NCBI GenBank assembly: GCA_964408425.1
Contig: CAYOZI010000006.1
Span: 1 to 43,569, forward strand
DNA: 43,569 bases
Direction: 5' to 3'
Origin: Candidatus Micrarchaeota archaeon
Lineage (GTDB): Archaea; Micrarchaeota; Micrarchaeia; Norongarragalinales; Norongarragalinaceae
A model generated the notes under the pieces. It was not told the DNA's origin and made no database searches. It saw nothing but the letters and a program-made list of their open reading frames with translations. The number at the start of each line of letters is the position of its first letter. Within the stretch, counting starts at the first letter, position 1. Shown here piece by piece: positions 1-9,539 of this stretch. Made by a program: the position numbers and the translations under genes.

Positions 1-234
1 CAATGAACGAAATGATTATAAAGGGCTTGAAGGTCTAATATTTACCTTTCCGAATTTTGCAAAGAGTGGTTGCGAGAAGACCTGGCGACAATTCGTCTTC
101 TGGGATTGCCTCCTTGGGGTTGCCTGCGTCTCTCGAACCACAGTCTCTAACCTTAGCCTATTCTATTCGATACGCTTCAAGCTAGGGGTTTTGTTCGCAC
201 TCAGAAAAGTTCGCGTGCAAATGCGGGTCAGCGG

Positions 235-255
235 TTTTTTCCGTTTCGGAAAAAA
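235..255. terminator. Perfect 9-bp inverted repeat TTTTTTCCG-TTT-CGGAAAAAA with T/A tracts; possible bidirectional terminator
   Basis: Read directly; followed by a T-run on + strand; lies just downstream of a short minus-strand ORF. Confidence 0.4.
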
Positions 256-276
256 GTTTTTTTCGCTTTCATTCCC

Positions 277-411
277 TCAAGAGCTTTCCTTGAAGCGCTT
301 GACCTTCATGTTGAAAGGCATCAAGTTTGCTCTAGAGTAGCCCAGACAATAGGCAATAACAGTCCAGATTCTTCCGAATCCTTTTTGAAAGTCGAATTCG
401 TCCGAGCTCAT
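277..411 (-). CDS. Possible 44-aa hypothetical protein (MSSDEFDFQKGFGRIWTVIAYCLG...)
   Basis: Hand-translated ATG..TGA, co-directional with upstream minus-strand genes, ends before the hairpin at 235-255; no recognisable homology. Confidence 0.3.
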   Translation of the reverse strand: MSSDEFDFQKGFGRIWTVIAYCLGYSRANLMPFNMKVKRFKESS

Positions 412-468
412 TTGATGGGTTTACCCTTTATTCTCGAAAAAGACGTTACGCGACGGCGGTTAAAAAAA

Positions 469-780
469 CTATTGTTTTACCGGTGAATAGAAGGAAAAGC
501 GGCTTTTCACGAATCCTTTCCTCTTCGCATCCTCAAGCCTAGCGTGCAAATACTCCAGTTTCTTTTTCTCTTCGTCGACGACGATCGCCTGCTTCAAAAA
601 CTCTTTGCTCAACGAATTCACTTCAACCTTTTTTCCCTTCAAAAAACCGTCCAAACGGCTTCGCAATTTACCCCTCAGCTTCTCCAGTTTTTTCTTATCC
701 AGATCCAGCTTCTTCTCCTTCTTTTCCTTCTCGTGGACGATGAAATGCAAAACGTGGGAAGCGTGGGACAACGAAGACAC
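469..780 (-). CDS. Lys/Glu-rich coiled-coil hypothetical protein
   Basis: 103-aa ORF directly downstream of rfcS on the same strand; charged helical composition. Confidence 0.65.
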   Translation of the reverse strand: MSSLSHASHVLHFIVHEKEKKEKKLDLDKKKLEKLRGKLRSRLDGFLKGKKVEVNSLSKEFLKQAIVVDEEKKKLEYLHARLEDAKRKGFVKSRFSFYSPVKQ

Positions 781-816
781 TAGAACACCTTACGCATTAT
801 AACCAAAAGAAGGTTT

Positions 817-1785
817 TTAGGCTTTCTTACTTCCCACCAGCATTATCTGGGCTAACAACGCTTCCAGCTGGATTCTCTCGTCCGCCCCTTCGCTCAACCG
901 GAAATCGTACTCCCCGACCCTATCCACCAGCTGCACTTTCACTTCATCCGAAACGCCCAAAGCTATAACCTCTCGGTAAACCTGCTGCAAAACATCTTCC
1001 CCGCTCATCGCGTACTTCACCATCACCGTATTCAGTTTATTTCTGGCTTCAATGAACTTTCCCTTCAACGCCAGTTCAACCATTTCCGCAATTTCCTTCG
1101 GCCTCGCACGGCTTGAAACTTCGAACACTTTTTCCTCGGTGATTTTTCCTTTCTCTGCAGAACCCTGCAAACAATTTATAGCCTTTCTCGCGTCCCCTTC
1201 CGAAATGTAGGCGATCGCGTCCAGCGCCTTGTCATCCACATCCAGCCCTTCCTTCTTCGCTATATCCTGGACTATTTTCTTCAAATCCCCATCTTCAAGG
1301 CTCCTGAACCTGAAAACCGCGCAACGCGATTGGATGGGCTCGATTATCCTCGAAGAGTAATTGCAGCTCAAGATGAAACGGCAGTTTCGAGCGTAAGCTT
1401 CCATGGTCCTTCTCAACGCCTGTTGCGCGTCTGAGGTTAGCGAATCGGCTTCGTCCAAAAGAATAAGCTTGAAATCCACTCCCGACAAGGGCAGGGTTCT
1501 CGCGAAATCCTTTATCTTTCCCCTGACGACGTCTATCCCCCTTTCATCGCTGGCGTTCAATTCGATGAAACTCTGTTGGCGGTCTTCCCCGTACAGCTCG
1601 TCTGCCAAAGCCAACGCTGCGGTAGTCTTGCCAACTCCGGCTCTCCCGGCGAAAAGAAGGTTGGGAAGGTTTTTTGTTTTAGCGAAATTCTCGAGCCTTT
1701 CGAAAACGTGCTTGTTGCCCGCTATGTCCTTTATCTTCCTGGGACGGTATTTTTCAACCCAAGGCTCGAAAACGCCTTTAACCAA
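817..1785 (-). CDS. rfcS: Replication factor C small subunit
   Basis: PWVEKYRP, Walker A GRAGVGKT, ELNASDERGIDVVR, Walker B LDEAD, QSRC; start set at TTG 1785 (ORF track extends to 1851). Confidence 0.97.
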   Translation of the reverse strand: MVKGVFEPWVEKYRPRKIKDIAGNKHVFERLENFAKTKNLPNLLFAGRAGVGKTTAALALADELYGEDRQQSFIELNASDERGIDVVRGKIKDFARTLPLSGVDFKLILLDEADSLTSDAQQALRRTMEAYARNCRFILSCNYSSRIIEPIQSRCAVFRFRSLEDGDLKKIVQDIAKKEGLDVDDKALDAIAYISEGDARKAINCLQGSAEKGKITEEKVFEVSSRARPKEIAEMVELALKGKFIEARNKLNTVMVKYAMSGEDVLQQVYREVIALGVSDEVKVQLVDRVGEYDFRLSEGADERIQLEALLAQIMLVGSKKA

Positions 1786-1805
1786 AACAACCCACTTCCC
1801 GAGTC

Positions 1806-2006
1806 TTACAAGCTTTTGAACTTCCTGCGCTTGTGCAAGTCGCCCCAGCAATCCCTGCAGATTATAGTGTGCAGGAGTTTAGAGTGGGTCGCAGCGCTCT
1901 TTTCGCACGCCCTGCAGATTTTGCGAGAGCAGTAATCGCACGGTTCCAAGAACGGAGTTTCCTTCTTGCAACGGTCGCAAATGTAAGGCTTAGCCGCTTT
2001 AACCAT
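1806..2006 (-). CDS. Small zinc-finger protein (4 x CxxC)
   Basis: CDRC, CDYC, CRAC, CRDC in 66 aa; immediately upstream of rfcS. Confidence 0.8.
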   Translation of the reverse strand: MVKAAKPYICDRCKKETPFLEPCDYCSRKICRACEKSAATHSKLLHTIICRDCWGDLHKRRKFKSL

Positions 2007-2144
2007 ATTTCATCAGTCCACCATCAACGTTAAACTTCCCATCCTCGCGAAAAACAAGGTTTCCCGGCGAAAACGAGGGATAACCTTTTGAGAAAAAGAG
2101 TTTTTAATCGTTTTCTTGCCGAGTTAATAGAGCGTGCGGGAAAA

Positions 2145-3410
2145 ATGAAGGTTTACATAAAGACTTACGGGTGCACTTTCAACCAAGCGGACTCCGACAG
2201 GATGGAAATGGAGTTGAAAGAGCATAAGCACGAGATAACGGAGAGCGAAAGCCAGGCGGACGTCATTCTATTGAATACGTGCAGCGTCAAGGACGCCACA
2301 CAGCAGAAAATCCTTTGGAAAGTTACGCACACGCCCAAGCCGCTCGTCGTAGCCGGTTGCCTGGCCCAAACCACGCCTTCGCTCGTGCAAAAAGCCAACT
2401 CCAAAGCTTCGCTCGTAGGCACGTTCAGCCAGGATAGCGTTGTTGAAGCGGTGGAAAACGCTTTCGCGGGAAAAAAAACCGTTTTCACTAAAAACAACGG
2501 CTTCCCGAAACTAAATCCGGTTACGGACGGGGTTATAGCCCGAATCCAGATCAACTCCGGCTGCGCTTCCTCCTGCACTTTCTGCTCCACGAAACTAGCC
2601 AGGGGAGGAGTGAAAAGCTACCGCCCGAGGGAAATCCTGGACGCGATAGAAAAAACGGTTTTGCAGGGTGGGGCTAAGGAAATACAGTTGACTTCCCAAG
2701 ACACTGGAGCCTACGGATTGGATTGCGGCGTTACCCTCCCCGGGCTTTTGGGGAGGATAAGCGAAATCAACGGCGATTTCAAGGTGAGGGTGGGAATGCT
2801 CAACCCCCAGCATTTTTTGCGTTTGGAGGAAAAACTCCTGAAAGCTTTTGAAAACGAAAAAATCTACAAGTTCTTCCACATTCCCGTCCAAAGCGGCAGC
2901 GACAGCGTATTGAAGGACATGAAAAGAGGCTATACGATTCAAGAAGCGGCGTCGTGCTTTGAAAAAATAAACGGGAAGTTTCCGAACGCGGTTTTGGCTA
3001 CGGATATAATCGTAGGCTATCCGACTGAATCGAAAGAAGATTTTGAAGAGACGCTCGGGTTTTTGAGGAAAGCGGAATGCGACATGGTCAATATTTCGAA
3101 ATTCTCCTCCCGCCCCAAAACGCCTGCTTTCAAGTTAAAACAGCTGGAAAACGACGAAGTGAAAAAAAGAAGCGAAATGGCAAGCGCCCTGGCGAGAAGT
3201 GTAAGCCTGGGCAAAAACAAGAAGTTCGTCGGGCAAAACGCCAGAATCCTGATAACCGAGAAAGCCAAAACCGGTTTTTCCGGAAGAACGCAGGAGTACA
3301 GGCAGGTGGTCGTGAGCAAAGCGAGGATAGGCGGGGTTTTGGACGTGAAAATGCACAAAGCCCGAATAGGCTGCCTGCTCGGAAGAAAAGCGTCGGGAAA
3401 AGCATTTTAA
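2145..3410 (+). CDS. tRNA methylthiotransferase, MiaB/MtaB family (archaeal ms2t6A type), radical SAM
   Basis: UPF0004 motifs TYGC-FN-ADS, NTCSV, AGCL; CxxxCxxC (CASSCTFC); HIPVQSGSD; DIIVGYPTE; C-terminal TRAM-like region. Confidence 0.93.
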   Translation: MKVYIKTYGCTFNQADSDRMEMELKEHKHEITESESQADVILLNTCSVKDATQQKILWKVTHTPKPLVVAGCLAQTTPSLVQKANSKASLVGTFSQDSVVEAVENAFAGKKTVFTKNNGFPKLNPVTDGVIARIQINSGCASSCTFCSTKLARGGVKSYRPREILDAIEKTVLQGGAKEIQLTSQDTGAYGLDCGVTLPGLLGRISEINGDFKVRVGMLNPQHFLRLEEKLLKAFENEKIYKFFHIPVQSGSDSVLKDMKRGYTIQEAASCFEKINGKFPNAVLATDIIVGYPTESKEDFEETLGFLRKAECDMVNISKFSSRPKTPAFKLKQLENDEVKKRSEMASALARSVSLGKNKKFVGQNARILITEKAKTGFSGRTQEYRQVVVSKARIGGVLDVKMHKARIGCLLGRKASGKAF

Positions 3411-3448
3411 TAAAGTTAGAAGGTTTAATGACAAGCGAGGGAAAAAAC

Positions 3449-4180
3449 ATGGGGGGTTTCGGGGTATTGCTGAATCACGCTATAGACGCATACCAACGCA
3501 ATTTGAAGCTCATCTCCGCATTCAGCATCCCGTTTTTGATTGCATTCCCGCTATCCCTGCTTTTGCCGAATTTCGTCGCCTTGAGCGCGACATTCCTGAG
3601 AATCGGAAGCATCAAGACGGACCTGAGCACTCTCGACTCCATGCTCATAATCGCAGCCATAGTGTTCGCAATAGTCTTCTTTTCGTTCGCCATAGCCGCG
3701 ATCAACGTAGTAGTGAAAAGCCAGCGGACGCTCAACCGGCTCACGTCGAGGGACATTGGGCTGATCGAAAGCTCGACGCTCAACCTGTTTTTCATCTACA
3801 TAACCGCTTTTGCCGTCATCGTCGCGTTCAACCTCCTGGCATTCGAATACGCGTGGAACCCGGCGCTCGGAATGCTCTTCGGGCTGGTAGTATCGCTGTT
3901 GGTTTTGTTCGCGCCCCAAGCCGTCGTGATAGAAGAACAGGGCCTGAGCCACGCGATTTCAAGAAGCATTACTTTGATAGAAAAGAAGTTTTCGTACGTA
4001 ATCCTCTTCCTCATTACAGCCGCGATACTGCTTTTGGTAAACACGTGGTTTTTCCTGGAACTCGGGAAGGCATTGTGGTTCTCGCGCTTCATCGCGCTCA
4101 TAATCCAGTCGATGTTCATACTCCCGTTCCTGGAAGTCTTGAAAACCCAGATTTACCTCAGCAAATACGCGTTGCTTTGA
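3449..4180 (+). CDS. Multi-pass membrane protein, unknown function
   Basis: About 6 hydrophobic segments; ATG 3449 after TTTTAATA box (the upstream part of ORF 3077 overlaps the methylthiotransferase and is probably not real). Confidence 0.8.
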   Translation: MGGFGVLLNHAIDAYQRNLKLISAFSIPFLIAFPLSLLLPNFVALSATFLRIGSIKTDLSTLDSMLIIAAIVFAIVFFSFAIAAINVVVKSQRTLNRLTSRDIGLIESSTLNLFFIYITAFAVIVAFNLLAFEYAWNPALGMLFGLVVSLLVLFAPQAVVIEEQGLSHAISRSITLIEKKFSYVILFLITAAILLLVNTWFFLELGKALWFSRFIALIIQSMFILPFLEVLKTQIYLSKYALL

Positions 4181-4251
4181 ATTCTCTTTCGTTTCAACCG
4201 CGTTAAACGGCACACGGGTTTTATATACAAGTAATGGCGAAACTTGACTTT

Positions 4252-6300
4252 ATGCGATTGATCATTGCGGAAAAGCCGACGGTAGCCGAGAAAATAGCCG
4301 CGGCTTTGGGAAAAAACACCAGGAAAGCCGTCGGTGGAGTGGCATACTACGAGGTTCCCGGGAAAAACGCGGTTGTCGCGCCAGCGGTCGGCCACTTGTT
4401 TTCCCTCCACCAAAAAACGCCAGGCAGCGGCTACCCCGTTTTCGAAATAGAGTGGGTTCCGGGCTTCGAAGCGGACAAGAAAAGCGATTACTCCAAAAAA
4501 TATTATACTCTGTTGAAAAAACTCGCGAAAGAAGCCGACGAAGTGGTCAACGCCTGCGACTGGGACGTCGAAGGGTCCACCATTGGCGGGAATATAATCG
4601 AATTCCTGGCGAAAGGAAAGAAAGCCGAGAGAATGTTTTTCTCCACGCTTACGAAGGAAGATTTGACTGAAGCCTACGAAAATTTGAAGCCGCTTGATAT
4701 ACCGTTCCTCCGTTCCGGCCAGACCAGGCATACTCTCGACTGGCTTTGGGGAATCAACGTTTCGAGGGCGTTAATGGGCGCCATCCGCAAGGCAGGCGTA
4801 TTCCGGATAATGAGCATGGGAAGGGTGCAAGGGCCGGCGCTCGCTTTGTTGAGCGAAAAGGAATTGAAGATAAAGAGTTTCGTTTCCACGCCTTACTGGC
4901 AGGTTTTCGCTTACGCCCAAGGGGTCGAATTCCTGCACAAGCAAAACCGGTTTTTGGACGAGAAGCAAGCGGAAAAAGCGCTGGAAAACAGCGACAAGAA
5001 CGCTTCGGTAAAAAGCGTTGAAAAGCAAAAGTTCAAGCAACTGCCGCCTTTTCCCTTCGATTTAACAAGCCTGCAGATAGAAGCTTACGCCGCCATAGGA
5101 TTCACGCCCACTAAAACCCTCGAATTGGCGCAAGAATTGTACGAAGCGGCGGCAATAAGCTACCCCCGCACCTCGTCGCAAAAACTCCCCGCCAAATTAA
5201 ACCACGAGAAAATAATCAAGCAGCTTGAAGAACAAAAAGAACTGGCAGTTTTTTCCAAAAAACTCCAGGAGCAAAAGCGCTTTGTCCCTCACGAAGGGCC
5301 GAAAGACGATCCCGCACACCCGGCCATTTACCCGACGGGCGTATACCCGAAAGCAAGCAAAGACGCTTCGAGATTATACCAGTTGATCGCAAGGCGCTAT
5401 TTGTCTACTTTCGCCAAGCCCGCACTCAGGGAAAAACAAAAAGTGATTTTGCAAAGCGGGAGCGAAGAGTACGCGACCGACGGCGTCACTACAAGCGAGA
5501 AAGGCTGGTTCGAGTTTTACGAGCCCTTTCTCCGCTTGAAGGAAAAACAACTGCCGGAATTCAACGAAGGCGGGAAAATCAAGGTCGACAAGATCGAGAT
5601 CGTTGAAAAGCAAACCCAGCCTCCGCAGCGTTATACTGAAGCTTCGATAATCAAAGCTCTCGAGGAAGAAAACCTCGGAACCAAGGCGACTCGCGCGGAA
5701 ATAATTAAAACCCTTTACGACCGGGAATACGTTTCCGGAAAGTCGATCGAAGTGACGCCTTTGGGGCTGAGCGTTTTCCAGGCGATGGAAAAGCACGTTC
5801 CGGAAATCATTTCCCCGGACTTGACTCGCCAGTTCGAAGGCGAAATGGAGGAAATCCAGGCGGAAAAGAAGACGAGCGAACAGGTTTTGGAAAAAGGAAA
5901 GGCGATTTTGAAAAAGCTCCTGACCAGCTTCAAGAAAGACGAGGGCGAGATAGGGGGAGAGCTGTTGGAAGCCGTCAACCAAACGCAAAAGCAATCGAGC
6001 GAACTCGGCGAGTGCACCAAGTGCGGAAAAGGAAAAATCGTCATCAAGAGAAGCCGCTTCGGGGTTTTCGCCGCGTGCGACCAATACCCCGACTGCAAAA
6101 CCACGTTTCCCCTCCCCAAAAACTCCCTGCCCAAGCCTACGGGCAAAGCCTGCGAGTTCTGCAAAGCACCGGTCATCACGGTAATCAGGCGCGGGAGAAG
6201 GCCGTTCAACATGTGCCTCACGCCCAACTGCGAAAGCAAGAAAGACTGGGGGCAAAAATGGGTCAAGAAAGCCCCGGAAAAAAAGGCTGAAGAAAAATGA
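4252..6300 (+). CDS. topA: Type IA DNA topoisomerase with C-terminal zinc ribbons
   Basis: TOPRIM IAEKP and DWDVEG, GRVQ, catalytic ISYPRT, LGTKATRA, C4 zinc ribbons. Confidence 0.97.
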   Translation: MRLIIAEKPTVAEKIAAALGKNTRKAVGGVAYYEVPGKNAVVAPAVGHLFSLHQKTPGSGYPVFEIEWVPGFEADKKSDYSKKYYTLLKKLAKEADEVVNACDWDVEGSTIGGNIIEFLAKGKKAERMFFSTLTKEDLTEAYENLKPLDIPFLRSGQTRHTLDWLWGINVSRALMGAIRKAGVFRIMSMGRVQGPALALLSEKELKIKSFVSTPYWQVFAYAQGVEFLHKQNRFLDEKQAEKALENSDKNASVKSVEKQKFKQLPPFPFDLTSLQIEAYAAIGFTPTKTLELAQELYEAAAISYPRTSSQKLPAKLNHEKIIKQLEEQKELAVFSKKLQEQKRFVPHEGPKDDPAHPAIYPTGVYPKASKDASRLYQLIARRYLSTFAKPALREKQKVILQSGSEEYATDGVTTSEKGWFEFYEPFLRLKEKQLPEFNEGGKIKVDKIEIVEKQTQPPQRYTEASIIKALEEENLGTKATRAEIIKTLYDREYVSGKSIEVTPLGLSVFQAMEKHVPEIISPDLTRQFEGEMEEIQAEKKTSEQVLEKGKAILKKLLTSFKKDEGEIGGELLEAVNQTQKQSSELGECTKCGKGKIVIKRSRFGVFAACDQYPDCKTTFPLPKNSLPKPTGKACEFCKAPVITVIRRGRRPFNMCLTPNCESKKDWGQKWVKKAPEKKAEEK

Positions 6301-7064
6301 AAATCGCATTGGATGTAAGGAAAAGCGCGTTGGAAAACGCACGGGCGTTATTCGAAGAAGCCAAGAAATTCAGGCGGAAAAAAGAGGGGGCGGAAAAGGC
6401 GATTGAAGAAACGAAAAGGAAAATCGCCACCAAAGCCGGGGAAGAAAGGCAGGAGAAAGGGAAAGCTTCTTTCAAAATAAAGAGAAAGTGGTTTCACGAA
6501 TTCCGGTTTTTCCATACCACGAACGGGTTTTTGTGCGTCGGAGGCAAGAACGCCAAGCAAAACGACCTGCTCGTCGCCAACAACCTGAAGGAAAACGACT
6601 TGTTCTTCCACGCCGACGTGCATGGTGCAAGCGCCGTAATACTCAAGGAAGGAACCAAGGCAAAAGAGAAGGATTTGAAGGAAGCCGCCCAGTTTGCCGC
6701 CTGTTACTCGAACGCCTGGAAGCTGCAAAGCGGGGTTGCCGACGTTTACAGCGTTTCCAAAAGCCAGGTTTCCAAATACTCGAGCGGAGAATTCGTAGGG
6801 AAAGGCGCGTTCCTGATTTCCGGCGAAAGAAAGTGGTTCAAGAACGTGGAATTAATGATGACTTTTACGGGTATGGGAGATGAAATAAACTTGGAGCCGG
6901 CTGAAAAGATTACGGGAAACAAAATTGGCGGAGGATGGGGGCCGATTATCAAGCCGGGAAGGAAAACCAAGGAAGAATTGTTCAAGGAATTGAAGGGAAC
7001 GCTGAAGATAAAGAAAACCGACTTGTTTTTTTCGCTTATCCCAGGCAACAGCGAGTTGGTTTAA
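6297..7064 (+). CDS. NFACT-R (DUF814) RNA-binding protein; C-terminal half of RqcH/Rqc2
   Basis: Coiled coil ENARALFEEAKK, KWFHEFRFF, GGKNAKQND, FFHADVHGAS, KGAFLISGER; ATGA overlap with topA. Confidence 0.88.
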   Translation: MKIALDVRKSALENARALFEEAKKFRRKKEGAEKAIEETKRKIATKAGEERQEKGKASFKIKRKWFHEFRFFHTTNGFLCVGGKNAKQNDLLVANNLKENDLFFHADVHGASAVILKEGTKAKEKDLKEAAQFAACYSNAWKLQSGVADVYSVSKSQVSKYSSGEFVGKGAFLISGERKWFKNVELMMTFTGMGDEINLEPAEKITGNKIGGGWGPIIKPGRKTKEELFKELKGTLKIKKTDLFFSLIPGNSELV

Positions 7065-7100
7065 ATTAAGGCGTAGGATAAAAGAATAAGGCGAGGAAAA

Positions 7101-8321
7101 ATGGCTGAAGCGAAAAGGCTTTTGGTATTGTGCGTTGACGTGGACAACGACCTTGGCGAAAAGGCGAAAGTCAAAGGACCCATCGTCGGAAGAAAGGAAA
7201 ACCTCGAGGCGGCTGCGGCGCTGGGGATAGCAGACCCCGAAGACGCGGATGCAAACACGGTTTATGCGGCGGTAAAGCTTTACGACGAGTTGAGCAGGGA
7301 ATTCAGGCACGTGCAAATCGCAACCGTCACCGGCGACCAGAGGCACGGCTATCACGCCCACTCCCAGGTAGTCAAGCAACTCGAAAAAATCATGGACGAG
7401 TTTTCGCCAGACGCGTGCGTTTTCGTCAGCGACGGGGCGAGCGACGAACAGGTTTTGCCTCTCGTAAATTCGAGAGTGAAGGTAAACAGCGTCCGCACCG
7501 TAACCGTAAAACAAACGAAAGAACTCGAATCCACTTACTTCGCGGTTTTGGAAAAATTGAAAGAACCGCAAATCGCCAGAATCGTCTTCGGAATCCCAGG
7601 GTTGGCGTTGCTGCTATTTGCAATGGCCGAATTCCTCGGAGTACGTCTTTTGCTCGGAATACTCGGCGCTTATTTCATCATAAAAGCGCTGGGAATAGAA
7701 GAACGGCTCTTCGCCGGATTGGCGGACTTGAAAATCTCTTTCAACAACGTCAGCTTCATCTTTTATTTCGCGTCCGTCCCGTTCTTCATAGCTTCCGCGT
7801 GGATGGGCTTCGCCAAAGTCGCTTCGCTCCAAGGAACTTTCAACATAGCCAAAATCGCCGCTTGGTTCATAAAGGACTTTCTCCTGCTCCTGCCAGTGGC
7901 GGTTTTGCTGATAATCATAGGCGAGGTTCTGCAAGCGTTGCAGGAAAAGAAAAACCACTTGCTTCCCGAGTATTTGATACAAACGGCCGGAGTGCTGTTG
8001 TTCTGGCTTATTTTCACGAACGCGGCAGACTGGGTGATAGGAAGCATATCCTTCGCCGACTTCTTTTATTCTCTCATCCTCGGAACCGCAGCCATGTATC
8101 TAGTCGTGTATTTGGCGCGCGAGTTCAAGCACGACTTGTTCGCCAAAATGAGGTTGGAAGGCAAAAGCGTTTATACCGAGATAGGAAGCCCCATAGGCAC
8201 GGTCGTCGGGATAAACAAGAAGAACGAAACGTTCATCGTCAAAACGTCTTCCGGGCAGAAACTCGATCTAAGCTTGAGCAACATAGCCAGCTTGGGAGAG
8301 AGGATAATCGTAAAATACTGA
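7101..8321 (+). CDS. DUF373 family membrane protein with C-terminal PRC-barrel-like domain
   Basis: LVLCVDVDNDLG, DPEDADAN, VSDGASDE, VKQ..ELESTY; C-terminal LEGKSVYTEIGSPIGTV...IIVK. Confidence 0.85.
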   Translation: MAEAKRLLVLCVDVDNDLGEKAKVKGPIVGRKENLEAAAALGIADPEDADANTVYAAVKLYDELSREFRHVQIATVTGDQRHGYHAHSQVVKQLEKIMDEFSPDACVFVSDGASDEQVLPLVNSRVKVNSVRTVTVKQTKELESTYFAVLEKLKEPQIARIVFGIPGLALLLFAMAEFLGVRLLLGILGAYFIIKALGIEERLFAGLADLKISFNNVSFIFYFASVPFFIASAWMGFAKVASLQGTFNIAKIAAWFIKDFLLLLPVAVLLIIIGEVLQALQEKKNHLLPEYLIQTAGVLLFWLIFTNAADWVIGSISFADFFYSLILGTAAMYLVVYLAREFKHDLFAKMRLEGKSVYTEIGSPIGTVVGINKKNETFIVKTSSGQKLDLSLSNIASLGERIIVKY

Positions 8322-8330
8322 ATACGCGAA

Positions 8331-9029
8331 TCAGCGTTTTTTAGAAGCCAGCAACGAAAGCTTTTCGCTCGATTCGACCGCGTCGCTCATCTTTTCGTAA
8401 ATCAAAGACGCCTTCTCCTCGTCAAACAAAAACGATATTTTCGTGAAGGACGAAAAAACTTCGATTACGCTCACCCCGCACTCGGTAAACTGCCTGGCGA
8501 GAAACTCCAGAATCCCGAAAACATCCAACCCTGCCGAAGGATAGGAAACGGTAAGCAAAGCCAGGTTGTCCTTCCTCGCCAAAAGCGCATTCCGTCCGAC
8601 CAAACCCGCCAATTCCACGGCATACTTGCTCAAAACCACGACGGTCATTTCCTCGCTGCGCTGCAAAACGTACATCTTCTCCCCCGCAGCCCAATCAATC
8701 CTTTGCTGGAAATCCAGAATCTTCCTCGCCGACTCTTCACTCCGCTCGAAATGCAAAACGCTCAACCCCGTCCTCAACGTAAGCTTCGCGTTTTTCACTA
8801 TTTCAAACGCCTGTGGCGGGCTGTACTTCAACTCGCCAGCAGCTTTCTTCAAGGCGATGGCTATGGCATCCAGCGAAACCGTTTCCCCCAACTTCTTCTC
8901 CACTGCCGGCTTCAAAAAACGGGCTAACGCTGAAAGGTTCACCAAATCCTCTTTCAAAGGATAGTGGATGAACTGCATTTCACTCAAAATTCCCCTGACC
9001 GCTTCCGAAACGCTACTCTCGTAATCCAA
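8331..9029 (-). CDS. ACT-domain protein with N-terminal helical/HTH-like region (putative amino-acid-sensing regulator)
   Basis: LVNLSALARFL, AIAIALK, C-terminal ACT (GILEFLARQFTECGVSVIEVFSSFTKISF); start uncertain. Confidence 0.8.
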   Translation of the reverse strand: MDYESSVSEAVRGILSEMQFIHYPLKEDLVNLSALARFLKPAVEKKLGETVSLDAIAIALKKAAGELKYSPPQAFEIVKNAKLTLRTGLSVLHFERSEESARKILDFQQRIDWAAGEKMYVLQRSEEMTVVVLSKYAVELAGLVGRNALLARKDNLALLTVSYPSAGLDVFGILEFLARQFTECGVSVIEVFSSFTKISFLFDEEKASLIYEKMSDAVESSEKLSLLASKKR

Positions 9030-9238
9030 TGCAAAAACGCCCTCCGGTGGAAAAACGCCTTCGCGCAAACCCCCATCTTCCTTTCCGAATATCCCTTTCC
9101 AATGCAAAGAATGGCTTTGAAAAAAGGTTATTGAAAAGAAAAAAATATAAACCCCTTACAAAAAGCGATAAGAAGTATAATTCTATACAGTTTATAGGTA
9201 AAAGCAAAAGTATTTATTTGGTTTGTGCGTAAGCATAG

Positions 9239-9335
9239 CGGGAGGTGGAAAGAAAAACCAGAAGACGAGGAGAACGGCAAGGAGGGCTGGCATTAATTCA
9301 CGTAACCCCAAGGAGGTCCTCCTTCCCAACTCCCG
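9239..9335 (+). ncRNA. Candidate ~100-nt structured RNA or 5' leader
   Basis: 5' CGGGAG pairs with 3' CTCCCG; inner helix AAGGAGGGC(9279-9287)/GTCCTCCTT(9316-9324); starts ~25 nt after an AT-rich TATA-like box at 9211. Confidence 0.35.
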
Positions 9336-9347
9336 AAGGCGACAAAC

Positions 9348-9530
9348 ATGGCTTACGCGCAGTTGACAACGGTTCAAAGCCTGGAAGTTTACGGGTTGCT
9401 AGTAGTCTTGCTTTACTCCCTTTTCACTGCAAACCCGCTTTTGATAGCCATCATCGTAATAGTCATAGCGTTATTCTACCCTTACACCACGCCCAAAAGA
9501 GCGGCTCACGAAAGCGACTTCATCATCTGA
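9348..9530 (+). CDS. 60-aa small hydrophobic membrane protein
   Basis: SD-like GAAGGCGA, two short hydrophobic segments, converges on pelota. Confidence 0.7.
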   Translation: MAYAQLTTVQSLEVYGLLVVLLYSLFTANPLLIAIIVIVIALFYPYTTPKRAAHESDFII

Positions 9531-9539
9531 AAAAGGCAT

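Noticed and set aside
2-340. Stop-free plus-strand frame from the window edge
   Set aside because: Translation not protein-like and runs through a terminator-like hairpin; cannot be supported
5374-6342. 322-aa minus-strand ORF
   Set aside because: Antisense shadow of topA
9025-9108. 11-nt direct repeat TCCAATGCAAA (9025, 9098)
   Set aside because: Only two short copies; no array or element structure
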